Assembly: GCA_003858585.1 (NCBI GenBank)
Contig: RQZE01000007.1
Location: forward strand, 138,084 to 170,083
Origin: Erysipelotrichaceae bacterium OH741_COT-311
GTDB lineage: Bacteria > Bacillota_I > Bacilli_A > Erysipelotrichales > Erysipelotrichaceae
Reading direction: 5' to 3'
DNA length: 32,000 bases
The position numbers and the translations under genes were made by a program. The notes below the pieces were generated by a model that had not been told where the DNA came from, searched no databases, and worked only from the letters and a program-made list of their open reading frames with translations. Below, piece by piece: positions 8,439-16,929 of the stretch; position 1 is the stretch's first letter; each line of letters opens with the position of its first letter.

Positions 8439-9653
8439 TTATTTCATCAATGCTTTTGCAAAGCTGGTGCCATTTTGTACTTCTTCAACCCCAAAGAATT
8501 CAGCAACCGTTGCACCTACATCACTTAAAGAAGTACGAGTCGATAAGCAAGTTCCTTCCACTCCATGTTTGTACACTAAAATAGGTACAACTTCTCTTGT
8601 ATGACGATTATGACCAATGTTTGGATCATTGCCATGATCTGCCATAATCAACAAGACATCCTCTTTACCTAATGCTTCCATAATCTTGCCAATATGTTTA
8701 TCTGATAATTCTAATAATTCTTTATAACGCTCAGAATTTTGACTATGCCCTGCTAAATCGGTTTCTTGAACATTGGTGCAAATAAACCCATGTTTTAATT
8801 CTTTGACATATTGTAGCGTGATGGTTAATACCTCTTCAGTTGGAACACAAGAAATCGATGTACCTTTTTCATTGATGACAATATCCGCTACTTTTCCAAT
8901 TAAGACTACCGGAATAGTATGCTTACCTAAAATAGTCACTACTTGCGTATTTGGATCTACACCATACCCTAAATGACGACATTGATATCCTTGTTCATAA
9001 GACTTTGAATTCGCTGCATGAATACCAATAAAATTTTCACCTTTCACTTGTTGTGCATTTAAAATATCTTGTAAATGATTACCGGTACCGCCAAAGACAA
9101 TCACACGATTCACCTTAGCTATTTCACGTACTAAACGTCCAATCTTTAGTTCATGTTCAAAAGACATGTAGTCGAGTGGCGCTGTTAGATTATATGCCAT
9201 CCCAACATCTGCATCAATGTTATCCGCCACAGTACAATACCCGTCAACTAAAAGATATCTTAATCCTTCATAATGTCTGACTTCTACTTTATGACCATGA
9301 TGTTCTAAATGTTCTTTTACATCATCTACAACTTCTTGAAACGGTACTACTTTCGGTTTTTTAGGTAAGGTTCCCATGATTTCTTGATGACCCATGAAGG
9401 TATCTGCACCAAAATGCATTAACTCACTAATACCATAATTGGCAGTTGCACTAAATTTCATATTAGCACTTTCTTTTCCAAACGCATTCATTAATCCTAA
9501 CTTCTCTAAATTAGGTAATTTCAAATCCGGAAAATCATGTAAAATGCTACCTAATGTAGAACTGCTTTGATCTTCCGGACGTACGATTGCGGTATCTTCC
9601 ATCGCACGCATACCAAAGCCATCCAACACTATAACAACAAATTTTTTATTCAT
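8439..9653 (-). CDS. yhfW: Phosphopentomutase-like metalloenzyme (alkaline-phosphatase superfamily), YhfW-like
   Basis: 404 aa. The N-terminus FVVIVLDGFGMRAMED and the C-terminal ADHGNDP...GHNRHTRE metal-ligand pattern match the phosphopentomutase/metalloenzyme family. Size and context match E. coli YhfW. The start shares an 8-nt overlap (ATGAATAA) with the upstream gene. Confidence 0.8.
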   Translation of the reverse strand: MNKKFVVIVLDGFGMRAMEDTAIVRPEDQSSSTLGSILHDFPDLKLPNLEKLGLMNAFGKESANMKFSATANYGISELMHFGADTFMGHQEIMGTLPKKPKVVPFQEVVDDVKEHLEHHGHKVEVRHYEGLRYLLVDGYCTVADNIDADVGMAYNLTAPLDYMSFEHELKIGRLVREIAKVNRVIVFGGTGNHLQDILNAQQVKGENFIGIHAANSKSYEQGYQCRHLGYGVDPNTQVVTILGKHTIPVVLIGKVADIVINEKGTSISCVPTEEVLTITLQYVKELKHGFICTNVQETDLAGHSQNSERYKELLELSDKHIGKIMEALGKEDVLLIMADHGNDPNIGHNRHTREVVPILVYKHGVEGTCLSTRTSLSDVGATVAEFFGVEEVQNGTSFAKALMK

Positions 9654-10806
9654 ATAGTTTTTCTCCTAAACTATTATATATACCAATGATTTCAGGCTTA
9701 TTCTCTTTTAAGCCCTTCAGTAAACACACTTGACTCCTTGTTACAAATATTTGAAAGCGAAATGCCATAATTACCGTATCAGAAACATGACTTACACCGG
9801 CTAATCCAAAATGATAATCTATACTTTCAGGATCCATATTTAAAACTTCATGTATGTTACAATCCTCAAAACGATTACCCACCAAAGCTTCCTTTACATG
9901 GGAACGACGATAATATCCTCCACCATAACAGTAACTATTCCCTTTATAGTGATGTGAAATTTCACTGACATAAATGACACAAGGTTTCTCCATTTCATCT
10001 TGATACGCATGAATTGGTGTAGAACCACTTAATCCATGCCCCGGTTCAGCACTGGAAATTGAATACTGTACCATTTGGTTTAATAACGAAGTACAAGTAC
10101 TCGATGGTGCATTTACATGGATATCCTTCAGTCCATTGTCTTGTAATAACTTTTTAGCTTGAAGTAATGTATCTAGATTTGATGTTGACTTTATCTCTTT
10201 TTGATCTTTATCATAAAGAAAACATGGAAATGAAGTTATTCCTTTAATCTTGACATGTGATAATTCTTTTACATAATCGATTACCTCTTGCAGTTGATTT
10301 AAGAAAAATCCCCCTGTTTGCCCACTATAAATAACATCTTGATCATTGACTACCCTCAATAAAAGAGAAAGGGTTTTTTCACTTTTTTTAGCACATTCAT
10401 TTAGCTCTTTGATTTTTTCTTTGCTATAAACTGTAAAATATTTGCAGTTATAATTCACGAACGTTTGTAATAACGCTTTTGGTATTTGCACTAAATGACC
10501 AACATTGGCGATTGGAATATGGTGCTTCATCATAATCATAGCTTCTTTAAAATCAACCACCACCGCTCCCGAATAACCAAGCTTAATCAACTCTTTGGCA
10601 AGATACGGATTTCTTCCAACCTGTTTTAACATAAAATACAATTCTATATTATGATGTTGAGCTTCTTTTAACATCTTTAAAGCATTATCAAGAAATGTAT
10701 CAACATCAATAAGATAGGTATCCGGCAAAATTTTTTCTTGTTGATGAAGTTGAAAACCAAGTTCTACTAACGCTTTATTTTTTTCGATGGTTTTATTTAG
10801 AAACAT
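9646..10806 (-). CDS. yhfX: Alanine-racemase-N-terminal-domain (fold-type III PLP) family protein, YhfX-like
   Basis: 386 aa, with size and operon context as for E. coli YhfX (387 aa). It overlaps the upstream gene by 14 nt. The family call rests on remembered similarity and context and has not been verified by search. Confidence 0.7.
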   Translation of the reverse strand: MFLNKTIEKNKALVELGFQLHQQEKILPDTYLIDVDTFLDNALKMLKEAQHHNIELYFMLKQVGRNPYLAKELIKLGYSGAVVVDFKEAMIMMKHHIPIANVGHLVQIPKALLQTFVNYNCKYFTVYSKEKIKELNECAKKSEKTLSLLLRVVNDQDVIYSGQTGGFFLNQLQEVIDYVKELSHVKIKGITSFPCFLYDKDQKEIKSTSNLDTLLQAKKLLQDNGLKDIHVNAPSSTCTSLLNQMVQYSISSAEPGHGLSGSTPIHAYQDEMEKPCVIYVSEISHHYKGNSYCYGGGYYRRSHVKEALVGNRFEDCNIHEVLNMDPESIDYHFGLAGVSHVSDTVIMAFRFQIFVTRSQVCLLKGLKENKPEIIGIYNSLGEKLYE

Positions 10807-11902
10807 ACTTGATACCTTCTAAACTTTCTTTTAACACACGAATAATTGTATCCGCACCTGCTCGATTTGGATTGATACGAATTGCACGCTTAGCTAATAA
10901 TGGATTTCCGGATGCAAACGTTGCAGATATTTTATAAAACAACGGACACATTTCATACTTCGATTCGGCACCCACCGGATAAGGAAGTGCTCCTAAGGTT
11001 TGGGCATAGTTTAAAATATCTTGTGCAATATCTTCGTAAAACTCGACCAATAAAATTTTTGATTGTCCATTTACGATATAAGCACCTTTGACTTCCGGAA
11101 GCTCTTTTTGAATCTGTAAACGTCGATGACATTCTTCAATCGTCTGTCCTTGAATGGCTAATGAGACCGGTGCATACACCAAACCACGCAATACTTCTAA
11201 TGCTTCCCAACCCTGACACTGCAAGCCACCTGAATACATCTGTTTAGCTAATGCATCAATATATGCAGCTTTGCCAACAATACAACCGATGCCCTCAGGT
11301 CCTAATAATTTAAACGTTGAAAAACAAGATAAATCAGCTTTAAGTTCAACTCCAATGCCCTTTACCTTCATCACCGCATAATTATCATCCGTAATAATCG
11401 CTACGTTTGATTGCCTTCTTATCACATCAATTACTTCTTGCATAGAATAAGAATCTTCGACGTTTTGTCTTGTGTATTGTATTAATACCCCCTTAATTTC
11501 CGGATGTTTTTCTAAGGTTTGTTTCACTTCTTCAAGATTATTATAATCGGCTTTTACCACACGCAATCCAAGCATAGAAATAGATGTTTGGGTCGTTGGA
11601 TAAATCGGTGCCTTATGTACTAAAAGGGTATCATTGCAAGATAAACATGCATGCAAAGCATAACGAATGGCATTGGTTCCACTTCCTCGAACAAGCAACG
11701 CTTTTTCAGCATTGAAAAACTCTGCAATTACCTTTTCAACCTTTTGAGTTGTTTCAGGCTTATTTAATCCCTTTACAACTCCTAAATCTCCACATGCTAG
11801 GATTTGACTTCCAGTAAAGTGATGCATAATACAGTCAATGAAACGAAATTGATAGCTCATCGCTGTTTCTAATGAAATACTTTCTAATGGAACTGTTTTC
11901 AT
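10793..11902 (-). CDS. yhfS: Fold-type I PLP-dependent enzyme, YhfS-like (aminotransferase/lyase-like)
   Basis: Candidate PLP-lysine context SCFSTFKLLGPEGIG, with size and context as for E. coli YhfS. The ORF-track start at 11956 is a TTG inside the upstream gene. The ATG at 11900-11902 (MKTVPLE...) follows AAGAAAGGA and is preferred. Confidence 0.7.
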   Translation of the reverse strand: MKTVPLESISLETAMSYQFRFIDCIMHHFTGSQILACGDLGVVKGLNKPETTQKVEKVIAEFFNAEKALLVRGSGTNAIRYALHACLSCNDTLLVHKAPIYPTTQTSISMLGLRVVKADYNNLEEVKQTLEKHPEIKGVLIQYTRQNVEDSYSMQEVIDVIRRQSNVAIITDDNYAVMKVKGIGVELKADLSCFSTFKLLGPEGIGCIVGKAAYIDALAKQMYSGGLQCQGWEALEVLRGLVYAPVSLAIQGQTIEECHRRLQIQKELPEVKGAYIVNGQSKILLVEFYEDIAQDILNYAQTLGALPYPVGAESKYEMCPLFYKISATFASGNPLLAKRAIRINPNRAGADTIIRVLKESLEGIKYVSK

Positions 11903-11909
11903 CTTACAT

Positions 11910-12923
11910 TCATCCTTTCTTAAACCCACCTTCAAAATAGGCAGAGAGATTATCAAAATAACAAGAAACCAATGGATCGGCTTCTTCCACTAAGGAAGGG
12001 ACATACCTAAGCATGGTTGCAATCTTACTCATTTTACTTTCACATATCAACAACCATCCAGTAGCCAAGTCCTTCCTAGGTATCACGATGGCAGTTGCAT
12101 TTGCCATATTTACCACTCTAAGATAACCTTTATTGGCTCTTTTTTGTATCGCTTTGGTAGTTTCATTAAAATGACCAAAAATACTATCACCAAAGCCATA
12201 TACATCAATAGGACCTTCTTTTACAATAAGAAATGTACAATTCACTAATAGATCTTTAAGAAAAGGCAATAAAGTCTCTCTAGGTGATAGGGAATCTAAT
12301 AAAGAGATAGACGTTGTTGGAAAGGGAAAGGAATATGCTTCATTTGTATCCTTAAAAATAACAACATCATGTTCAAGCTCTTTATTCATAAGAAAAATCT
12401 CAATGGTTTTCATTAACAACGAATAATCCTTACACATAAAACCAAGGGATGGATAAAAAAGAATGCCATCTGTAGATTGCTTTTGAAATCTTTGAACATG
12501 ATTTGTCATAAGTAAAGGTGATATAAATCCAAATAAATGAAGGCTTATGGCTGGAGCTAATACACTTCCACCTCCATCGGTTGCAATGGCAATATCATTG
12601 ATGTTTAAAAAAACATTAATGGCACTTCCACTGCTACTGCCACTCATATAACGACCTGTAATTGGATTGATTAGCTGCAAATCAATAGCGCGACCATGAA
12701 AACTACATGTATCAATGGTATGCAAGGTATAATTTCTCGCTTCTAAAATCGTTATCATTTCAAAGGGAATCACTTCTGTATTTTTAACTCCAACCAAAAT
12801 ACTTCCCTCTTCAACAGTATCTTTACATAGTTTATAAACAGAGTGATATGGATTTAATATTGCAAGTTTATGTTTTAAAGCATTGGTATTACGCATTGAA
12901 TAAACGCTTTGGATTTTCTTCAA
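11910..12923 (-). CDS. Short amidase-signature (AS) family-like protein (about 328-337 aa)
   Basis: The AS core is readable: GVKN (Lys), GSSSGSAINVF (the GGSSGGS equivalent) and ATDGGGSVLAPA (the TDxGGSxRxPA equivalent). The track start at 12923 is a TTG. An alternative ATG at 12894-12896 overlaps the php stop by 8 nt (ATGCGTAA). Confidence 0.55.
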   Translation of the reverse strand: MKKIQSVYSMRNTNALKHKLAILNPYHSVYKLCKDTVEEGSILVGVKNTEVIPFEMITILEARNYTLHTIDTCSFHGRAIDLQLINPITGRYMSGSSSGSAINVFLNINDIAIATDGGGSVLAPAISLHLFGFISPLLMTNHVQRFQKQSTDGILFYPSLGFMCKDYSLLMKTIEIFLMNKELEHDVVIFKDTNEAYSFPFPTTSISLLDSLSPRETLLPFLKDLLVNCTFLIVKEGPIDVYGFGDSIFGHFNETTKAIQKRANKGYLRVVNMANATAIVIPRKDLATGWLLICESKMSKIATMLRYVPSLVEEADPLVSCYFDNLSAYFEGGFKKG

Positions 12924-13764
12924 GAATTTTTTTCAGTGATTCTTCTTTAAATCCTGCCTTCTTTAACATCGGAATAAAGACTTCAAAAAGATAAGCATAC
13001 CCAATCCCACCTGCATCTTTTAAATTTGATTTACGAGTAATATCCAAAGAAACTACAACATGATCTACCATGTTACAACGCTCTAGTTCCATTAACATTG
13101 CAACACGTTGTTCATCCGGTAAGTAATTATTTTTTCCAATGGTATCAAATCCTACACATACACCTGTCTTAATAATTTCTTTAATGGTATCAATATCACC
13201 ACTTAAATCCATGTGACCGATGACAATTTTATGTTTATCTACACCTTGTTGGATTAAATATTGTGCTTGTTTTAAACCTAAAGTACCTAATGTAGTATGT
13301 GTAGTAATGAGTTTCCCTGTCTTTTTATGTGCCATAATAGCCGCATCAAATAATTTACGCTCCTGATGACTCCATTCATTTAAACTCGTACCAATTTCAC
13401 CAATGACTTGTGCTTTTACATCAGTATGTTCAATGCCTTCTTCTATTTCTTGAATCATTATCTTCGCCAATTCTTCTGTAGATGTCTTTAAAATAACATC
13501 CGGAATGAATGGTTCTTTATAGCAACCTGTAGAAATTAAAATATTCATATCGGTTTCTTTCGCTACTTGCTGGATAACCTCTAAGTTTCTACCCATACCT
13601 ATATTTGTTACTTCTATTATATTTCTTACACCGTAACGATACAATTCTTTTAACTCATTTATTACTTGTTGAACATTATTGTAATTACAATCATCATTCT
13701 TCTTTACTGTCGATAAATCCAAATAAAGATGCTCATGCATTAGCGTATATCCATCTTTTAACAT
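12889..13764 (-). CDS. php: Phosphotriesterase homology protein (Php/YhfV), amidohydrolase superfamily
   Basis: 291 aa that can be aligned by eye to E. coli Php: GYTLMHEHLYLDLS, GVRNIIEVTNIGMGRN, GEIGTS, TTHTT, VIGHMDL, FDTIGKNNYLPDEQRVAML, SLDITRKSNLK..GGIGYAYL and FIPMLKKAGF. Confidence 0.9.
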   Translation of the reverse strand: MLKDGYTLMHEHLYLDLSTVKKNDDCNYNNVQQVINELKELYRYGVRNIIEVTNIGMGRNLEVIQQVAKETDMNILISTGCYKEPFIPDVILKTSTEELAKIMIQEIEEGIEHTDVKAQVIGEIGTSLNEWSHQERKLFDAAIMAHKKTGKLITTHTTLGTLGLKQAQYLIQQGVDKHKIVIGHMDLSGDIDTIKEIIKTGVCVGFDTIGKNNYLPDEQRVAMLMELERCNMVDHVVVSLDITRKSNLKDAGGIGYAYLFEVFIPMLKKAGFKEESLKKILEENPKRLFNA

Positions 13765-13775
13765 ATTCTTCTCCT

Positions 13776-13810
13776 AAAAAAGAGCTAGCGAGTAATTCGC
13801 TTCGCTCTTT
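13776..13810 (-). terminator. Intra-operon terminator-like hairpin between yhfT-like and php
   Basis: The minus-strand RNA reads AAAGAGC-GA-AGCGA-AUUAC-UCGCU-A-GCUCUUUUUU. The hairpin starts at the yhfT stop codon, and its U-tract runs straight into the php SD (AGGAG). Confidence 0.5.
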
Positions 13811-15119
13811 ATCCTTTCGCAACAATTGAAACTAAATTTAACACAATCAATAAATTAATGAGCAATCCATAGACAATACATGCCACCGGACCTACTGCTA
13901 ACTCTACTAACGGTTTCTTTGAAGTACGATTTAATAATAGTGCCCCAATTACAAATAATGCACCGATACCACTTAAACCAACTTCAGCTGACATCGCCTC
14001 AGCAGCTACCACTGCCCCAACCAATAAAGCAACTTCCAATACTTTATTCATTGATGTACGAATGTGTTCTCCCATGTCTTTCACACCAGGGAATTTATCC
14101 ATACCTTTTGCAAAGAAGTCAATTAAAAATAACTCAACAACCATAACCATAGCACCGAGTATTAAAGCTACAATTGGATTACCTGTAAACAATAGACCAA
14201 CTGCAAAAATAAATGTACAACCAGCCGGAGCATACACCCCTGTAACGATTGCTGTTGTAAACACTAATGGCACAAAGCCAATGGCTCTAGCTAAGGCAGC
14301 TAACGCAGCTTCTGTAAAAGAAGAATCTGCCGCAAGAGCTAGTGAGATTGGATCTCCTGCAACCATTGTTAAAGATGTTGCACAAGCAATCAAGCCACCC
14401 ATAACTGCAAGTAATATCCAATTTTTTCTAATTCTCGTTACTTTATCTGAGAATACATGAATTAAATCTGTATTTGCCGTAGAATCTTGACGTTTAACTT
14501 GCGAAGCATAAACTAACATTATAACTGTTCCTACTAACATTGAAAGACCTTCAGCATTCAATTTAATGTTTAAACTGCCAGCTTGGAATACCCCAAACTT
14601 CTTTACTAAAAAATACACTAAAACTGTTACGATTCCTGTAATTAAACCTTTTTTGAACCCATGTTGATATGCAACCGCTAATGCCGGGAAGATTGCAAAA
14701 GCTACAACAACAAACTTAGAAACACTGCCTAATGGACCTATAAAATTAAATGGTAATTTCGCAAATACATCAACGATGTATTGCAAACCATAAAGAAGTA
14801 ATACTCCATATAATGCTCCAATAACACCGGATAATACTAAACCAATTTTATTATTTGGACATGTCGTACCAATGATATCTGTTGATAATAAGATTGAGTG
14901 AATTAAAATAATCGATGCTCCAATGGATGATGGTATCCCAAATCCAATTACAAGCCCAAAACTAATTGCAAAACTCATAGTAGCTAGTTCTTTACGAGAA
15001 ATACTTCCATCGTAAAATTGTGGTACAATTGGTCGAAAGCCATCATTAAACACGGCAATCCCTCTGTTTGCAAGTATAGCTGCAAGAGCACCGATACAAG
15101 CAATGACAACGTAATTCAT
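13809..15119 (-). CDS. yhfT: Polytopic membrane transporter, YhfT-like
   Basis: 436 aa, highly hydrophobic with more than 10 predicted TM segments. Size and position next to the DUF2620 gene match E. coli YhfT. Confidence 0.75.
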   Translation of the reverse strand: MNYVVIACIGALAAILANRGIAVFNDGFRPIVPQFYDGSISRKELATMSFAISFGLVIGFGIPSSIGASIILIHSILLSTDIIGTTCPNNKIGLVLSGVIGALYGVLLLYGLQYIVDVFAKLPFNFIGPLGSVSKFVVVAFAIFPALAVAYQHGFKKGLITGIVTVLVYFLVKKFGVFQAGSLNIKLNAEGLSMLVGTVIMLVYASQVKRQDSTANTDLIHVFSDKVTRIRKNWILLAVMGGLIACATSLTMVAGDPISLALAADSSFTEAALAALARAIGFVPLVFTTAIVTGVYAPAGCTFIFAVGLLFTGNPIVALILGAMVMVVELFLIDFFAKGMDKFPGVKDMGEHIRTSMNKVLEVALLVGAVVAAEAMSAEVGLSGIGALFVIGALLLNRTSKKPLVELAVGPVACIVYGLLINLLIVLNLVSIVAKG

Positions 15120-15122
15120 AGA

Positions 15123-15494
15123 TTAACCCTCCATTTTCTCTTGAATTGCTTTTAATAAGACCGGTAATACAATCTCCATGTGTTGTGCGGTAAAGCCAAA
15201 TGCAATTTTTCCGTTTTTTACTGCATCAATAATATCTTGATCAGCAAAAACCTTGCCAGGCATCGAAATTGTTTGACATTTATCTTTACCTAAAAGTGCC
15301 ATCGCCATTGCTAAAGCACCTCCACCACCTGTGTTACAAGCACCAATGTAATAATCAAAATCACCTTTTTTTACTGCATTTACTGCATCTAAGTCATTTT
15401 TGATTTCCATGGTAACTTCATTGTTAAAAAACGTATTAATAAACGTATAGATTTCCTGTTTATTAATTTGACCACCTACTACAATACGAATCAA
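15123..15494 (-). CDS. yhfU: DUF2620 family protein, YhfU-like
   Basis: 123 aa with the remembered YhfU hallmark DYYIGACNTGGGGALAMAMALLG. Confidence 0.75.
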   Translation of the reverse strand: MIRIVVGGQINKQEIYTFINTFFNNEVTMEIKNDLDAVNAVKKGDFDYYIGACNTGGGGALAMAMALLGKDKCQTISMPGKVFADQDIIDAVKNGKIAFGFTAQHMEIVLPVLLKAIQEKMEG

Positions 15495-15506
15495 GATAAC
15501 CCCTCC

Positions 15507-15854
15507 TTACAATTGATATAAATTACATAAATGCATTAATAAAAATCTTTTTTCCCCTTCCGGAAAAACACAAGGGGCTTTTGAAGCAATGGATGTATAA
15601 AGTTTGGATGCGTTTGAAAAACTTGGATGCTTTTCTACCTGCTGATAGATTTCATCACTTAAATAATCCACTTCTTCTTGATTTAAGATTCTTTGCGTAG
15701 CCATCGCAAGATGCGTTGTAAACATCTCTAAGGCATTTAAAGAATCAAATTCTTTTAACTCTTGATCAATGATATCTAACACAAAACGAGCTGTTAATTC
15801 ATTGATGACTTCTCCTTCTTTTAATATGTTAATACGCTCTTTTAATTCTGACAT
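15507..15854 (-). CDS. yhfY: Small PRD-domain-like protein, YhfY-like
   Basis: 115 aa and all-helical in appearance, with the size and position of E. coli YhfY. There is no CAT RNA-binding or EII domain. Confidence 0.65.
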   Translation of the reverse strand: MSELKERINILKEGEVINELTARFVLDIIDQELKEFDSLNALEMFTTHLAMATQRILNQEEVDYLSDEIYQQVEKHPSFSNASKLYTSIASKAPCVFPEGEKRFLLMHLCNLYQL

Positions 15855-15889
15855 AAACCACCATTCAATATATTATATTTTGTATATTC

Positions 15890-15917
15890 ATTATATAACA
15901 ATTATCGTCTTTGTCAA
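15890..15917 (-). promoter_or_regulatory. Near-consensus sigma-A promoter for the yhfY-to-yhfW operon
   Basis: The minus strand reads TTGACA-16 nt-TATAAT, in the 73-nt gap between the yhfZ-like stop and the yhfY-like start. Confidence 0.6.
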
Positions 15918-15927
15918 TTCTTATTTT

Positions 15928-16851
15928 TTAATAACTTGGAGCAATCTTACCATCCAAGACTAATTTTTGAATGTTTAACACTGTGTCTACATCGACAATT
16001 TCTTTTAGTAAAGAAGCAATCTCCGGTCGATTACGACTAACCACTAAAACAGCTTGCGAGTAAATCGCATCTTCTTGTTCCATTGCAACATAAGGCACCT
16101 GAATGCCTTTATCAGAAATTTCATCCAAATTCCAAACAGCCGCATCAATACTTCCATTCATCACACTTGTTAAAATACGAGAGTATTCCATCGGTACAAA
16201 TTCCACTTGCTTATTATGACATACTTTTTCCGTTAGTAAGCGATGATCAATCGAATCAAAGTCCACTCCTATTTTCATATGATTTTGAATTGTTTTTTGT
16301 GCTTTATTATGAAAAATAATCACATGTTCACTTAAATAGGTATTCAAACCAAAATTAATGACAATATCTACATTATTATATTTTTTTTGATATTCCAATG
16401 CTGCATGCATAGAAACAATCGCAAAGTCATAACGATTGGTCATCAACATACTCATACGACTTTTAGCACCTCGCATATAAGCCATTGAGGTTAAAATATC
16501 ATACTTATTTTCTAATGCCAAGACTAAACCCGAAGCGAGACCTTCATATTTCTTTGAGTATGGAAGAGGCATGGTTCCTACAATGGTATCAATATTTGCA
16601 AACTTCAATAGTAAAGGTATATCTTTAGAAATAAGATATGTTCCCATGTGTCCCTTTGCATCCAGTTGTATGACATGATTATCCACAAACAACTTAATTG
16701 AGTTTTGAATGGTACCTCTTGAAAAATCAAGTTGTTCACAAAATTGACTAATGGTTGGTATACGACTACCAATTTCATAGTTTAAAAATTCTTTTGCTAA
16801 CGTCAAAACAGCCAAACCATTTTTTGACATGATAATTGATTTTATATCCAT
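15928..16851 (-). CDS. yhfZ: Transcriptional regulator, YhfZ-like (N-terminal winged HTH plus YhfZ-type C-terminal domain)
   Basis: 307 aa. The N-terminal part has a GntR-like HTH (ISQFCEQLDFSRGTIQNSIKLF). Size and position at the head of the cluster match E. coli YhfZ. Confidence 0.7.
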   Translation of the reverse strand: MDIKSIIMSKNGLAVLTLAKEFLNYEIGSRIPTISQFCEQLDFSRGTIQNSIKLFVDNHVIQLDAKGHMGTYLISKDIPLLLKFANIDTIVGTMPLPYSKKYEGLASGLVLALENKYDILTSMAYMRGAKSRMSMLMTNRYDFAIVSMHAALEYQKKYNNVDIVINFGLNTYLSEHVIIFHNKAQKTIQNHMKIGVDFDSIDHRLLTEKVCHNKQVEFVPMEYSRILTSVMNGSIDAAVWNLDEISDKGIQVPYVAMEQEDAIYSQAVLVVSRNRPEIASLLKEIVDVDTVLNIQKLVLDGKIAPSY

Positions 16852-16910
16852 AATCCAACTCCTATTTCAATTATAATATATACCATATTTTAAAGAATGC
16901 CAATATAAAA

Positions 16911-16929
16911 AGAATAGCTAAGCTATTCT
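16911..16929 (-). terminator. Terminator of the pgl-gnd-zwf operon, overlapping the zwf stop codon
   Basis: The minus-strand RNA reads AGAAUAGC-UUA-GCUAUUCU followed by UUUUAUAUU. The UAG stop lies in the loop and 3' arm. Confidence 0.5.

Noticed and set aside
8347-8976. Plus-strand ORFs 8347-8604 and 8773-8976
   Set aside because: The first runs through a strong bidirectional terminator into the antisense of the yhfW-like gene. The second is fully antisense to it.
13605-14460. Plus-strand ORFs 13605-13829, 13880-14146 and 14062-14460
   Set aside because: They are antisense to php and the yhfT-like transporter. The Pro/Leu/Gln-rich or Ala/Thr-rich translations mirror hydrophobic codons on the opposite strand.
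15769-16319. Plus-strand ORFs 15769-15963 and 16083-16319
   Set aside because: They are antisense to the yhfY-like and yhfZ-like genes. The first also spans the operon promoter.
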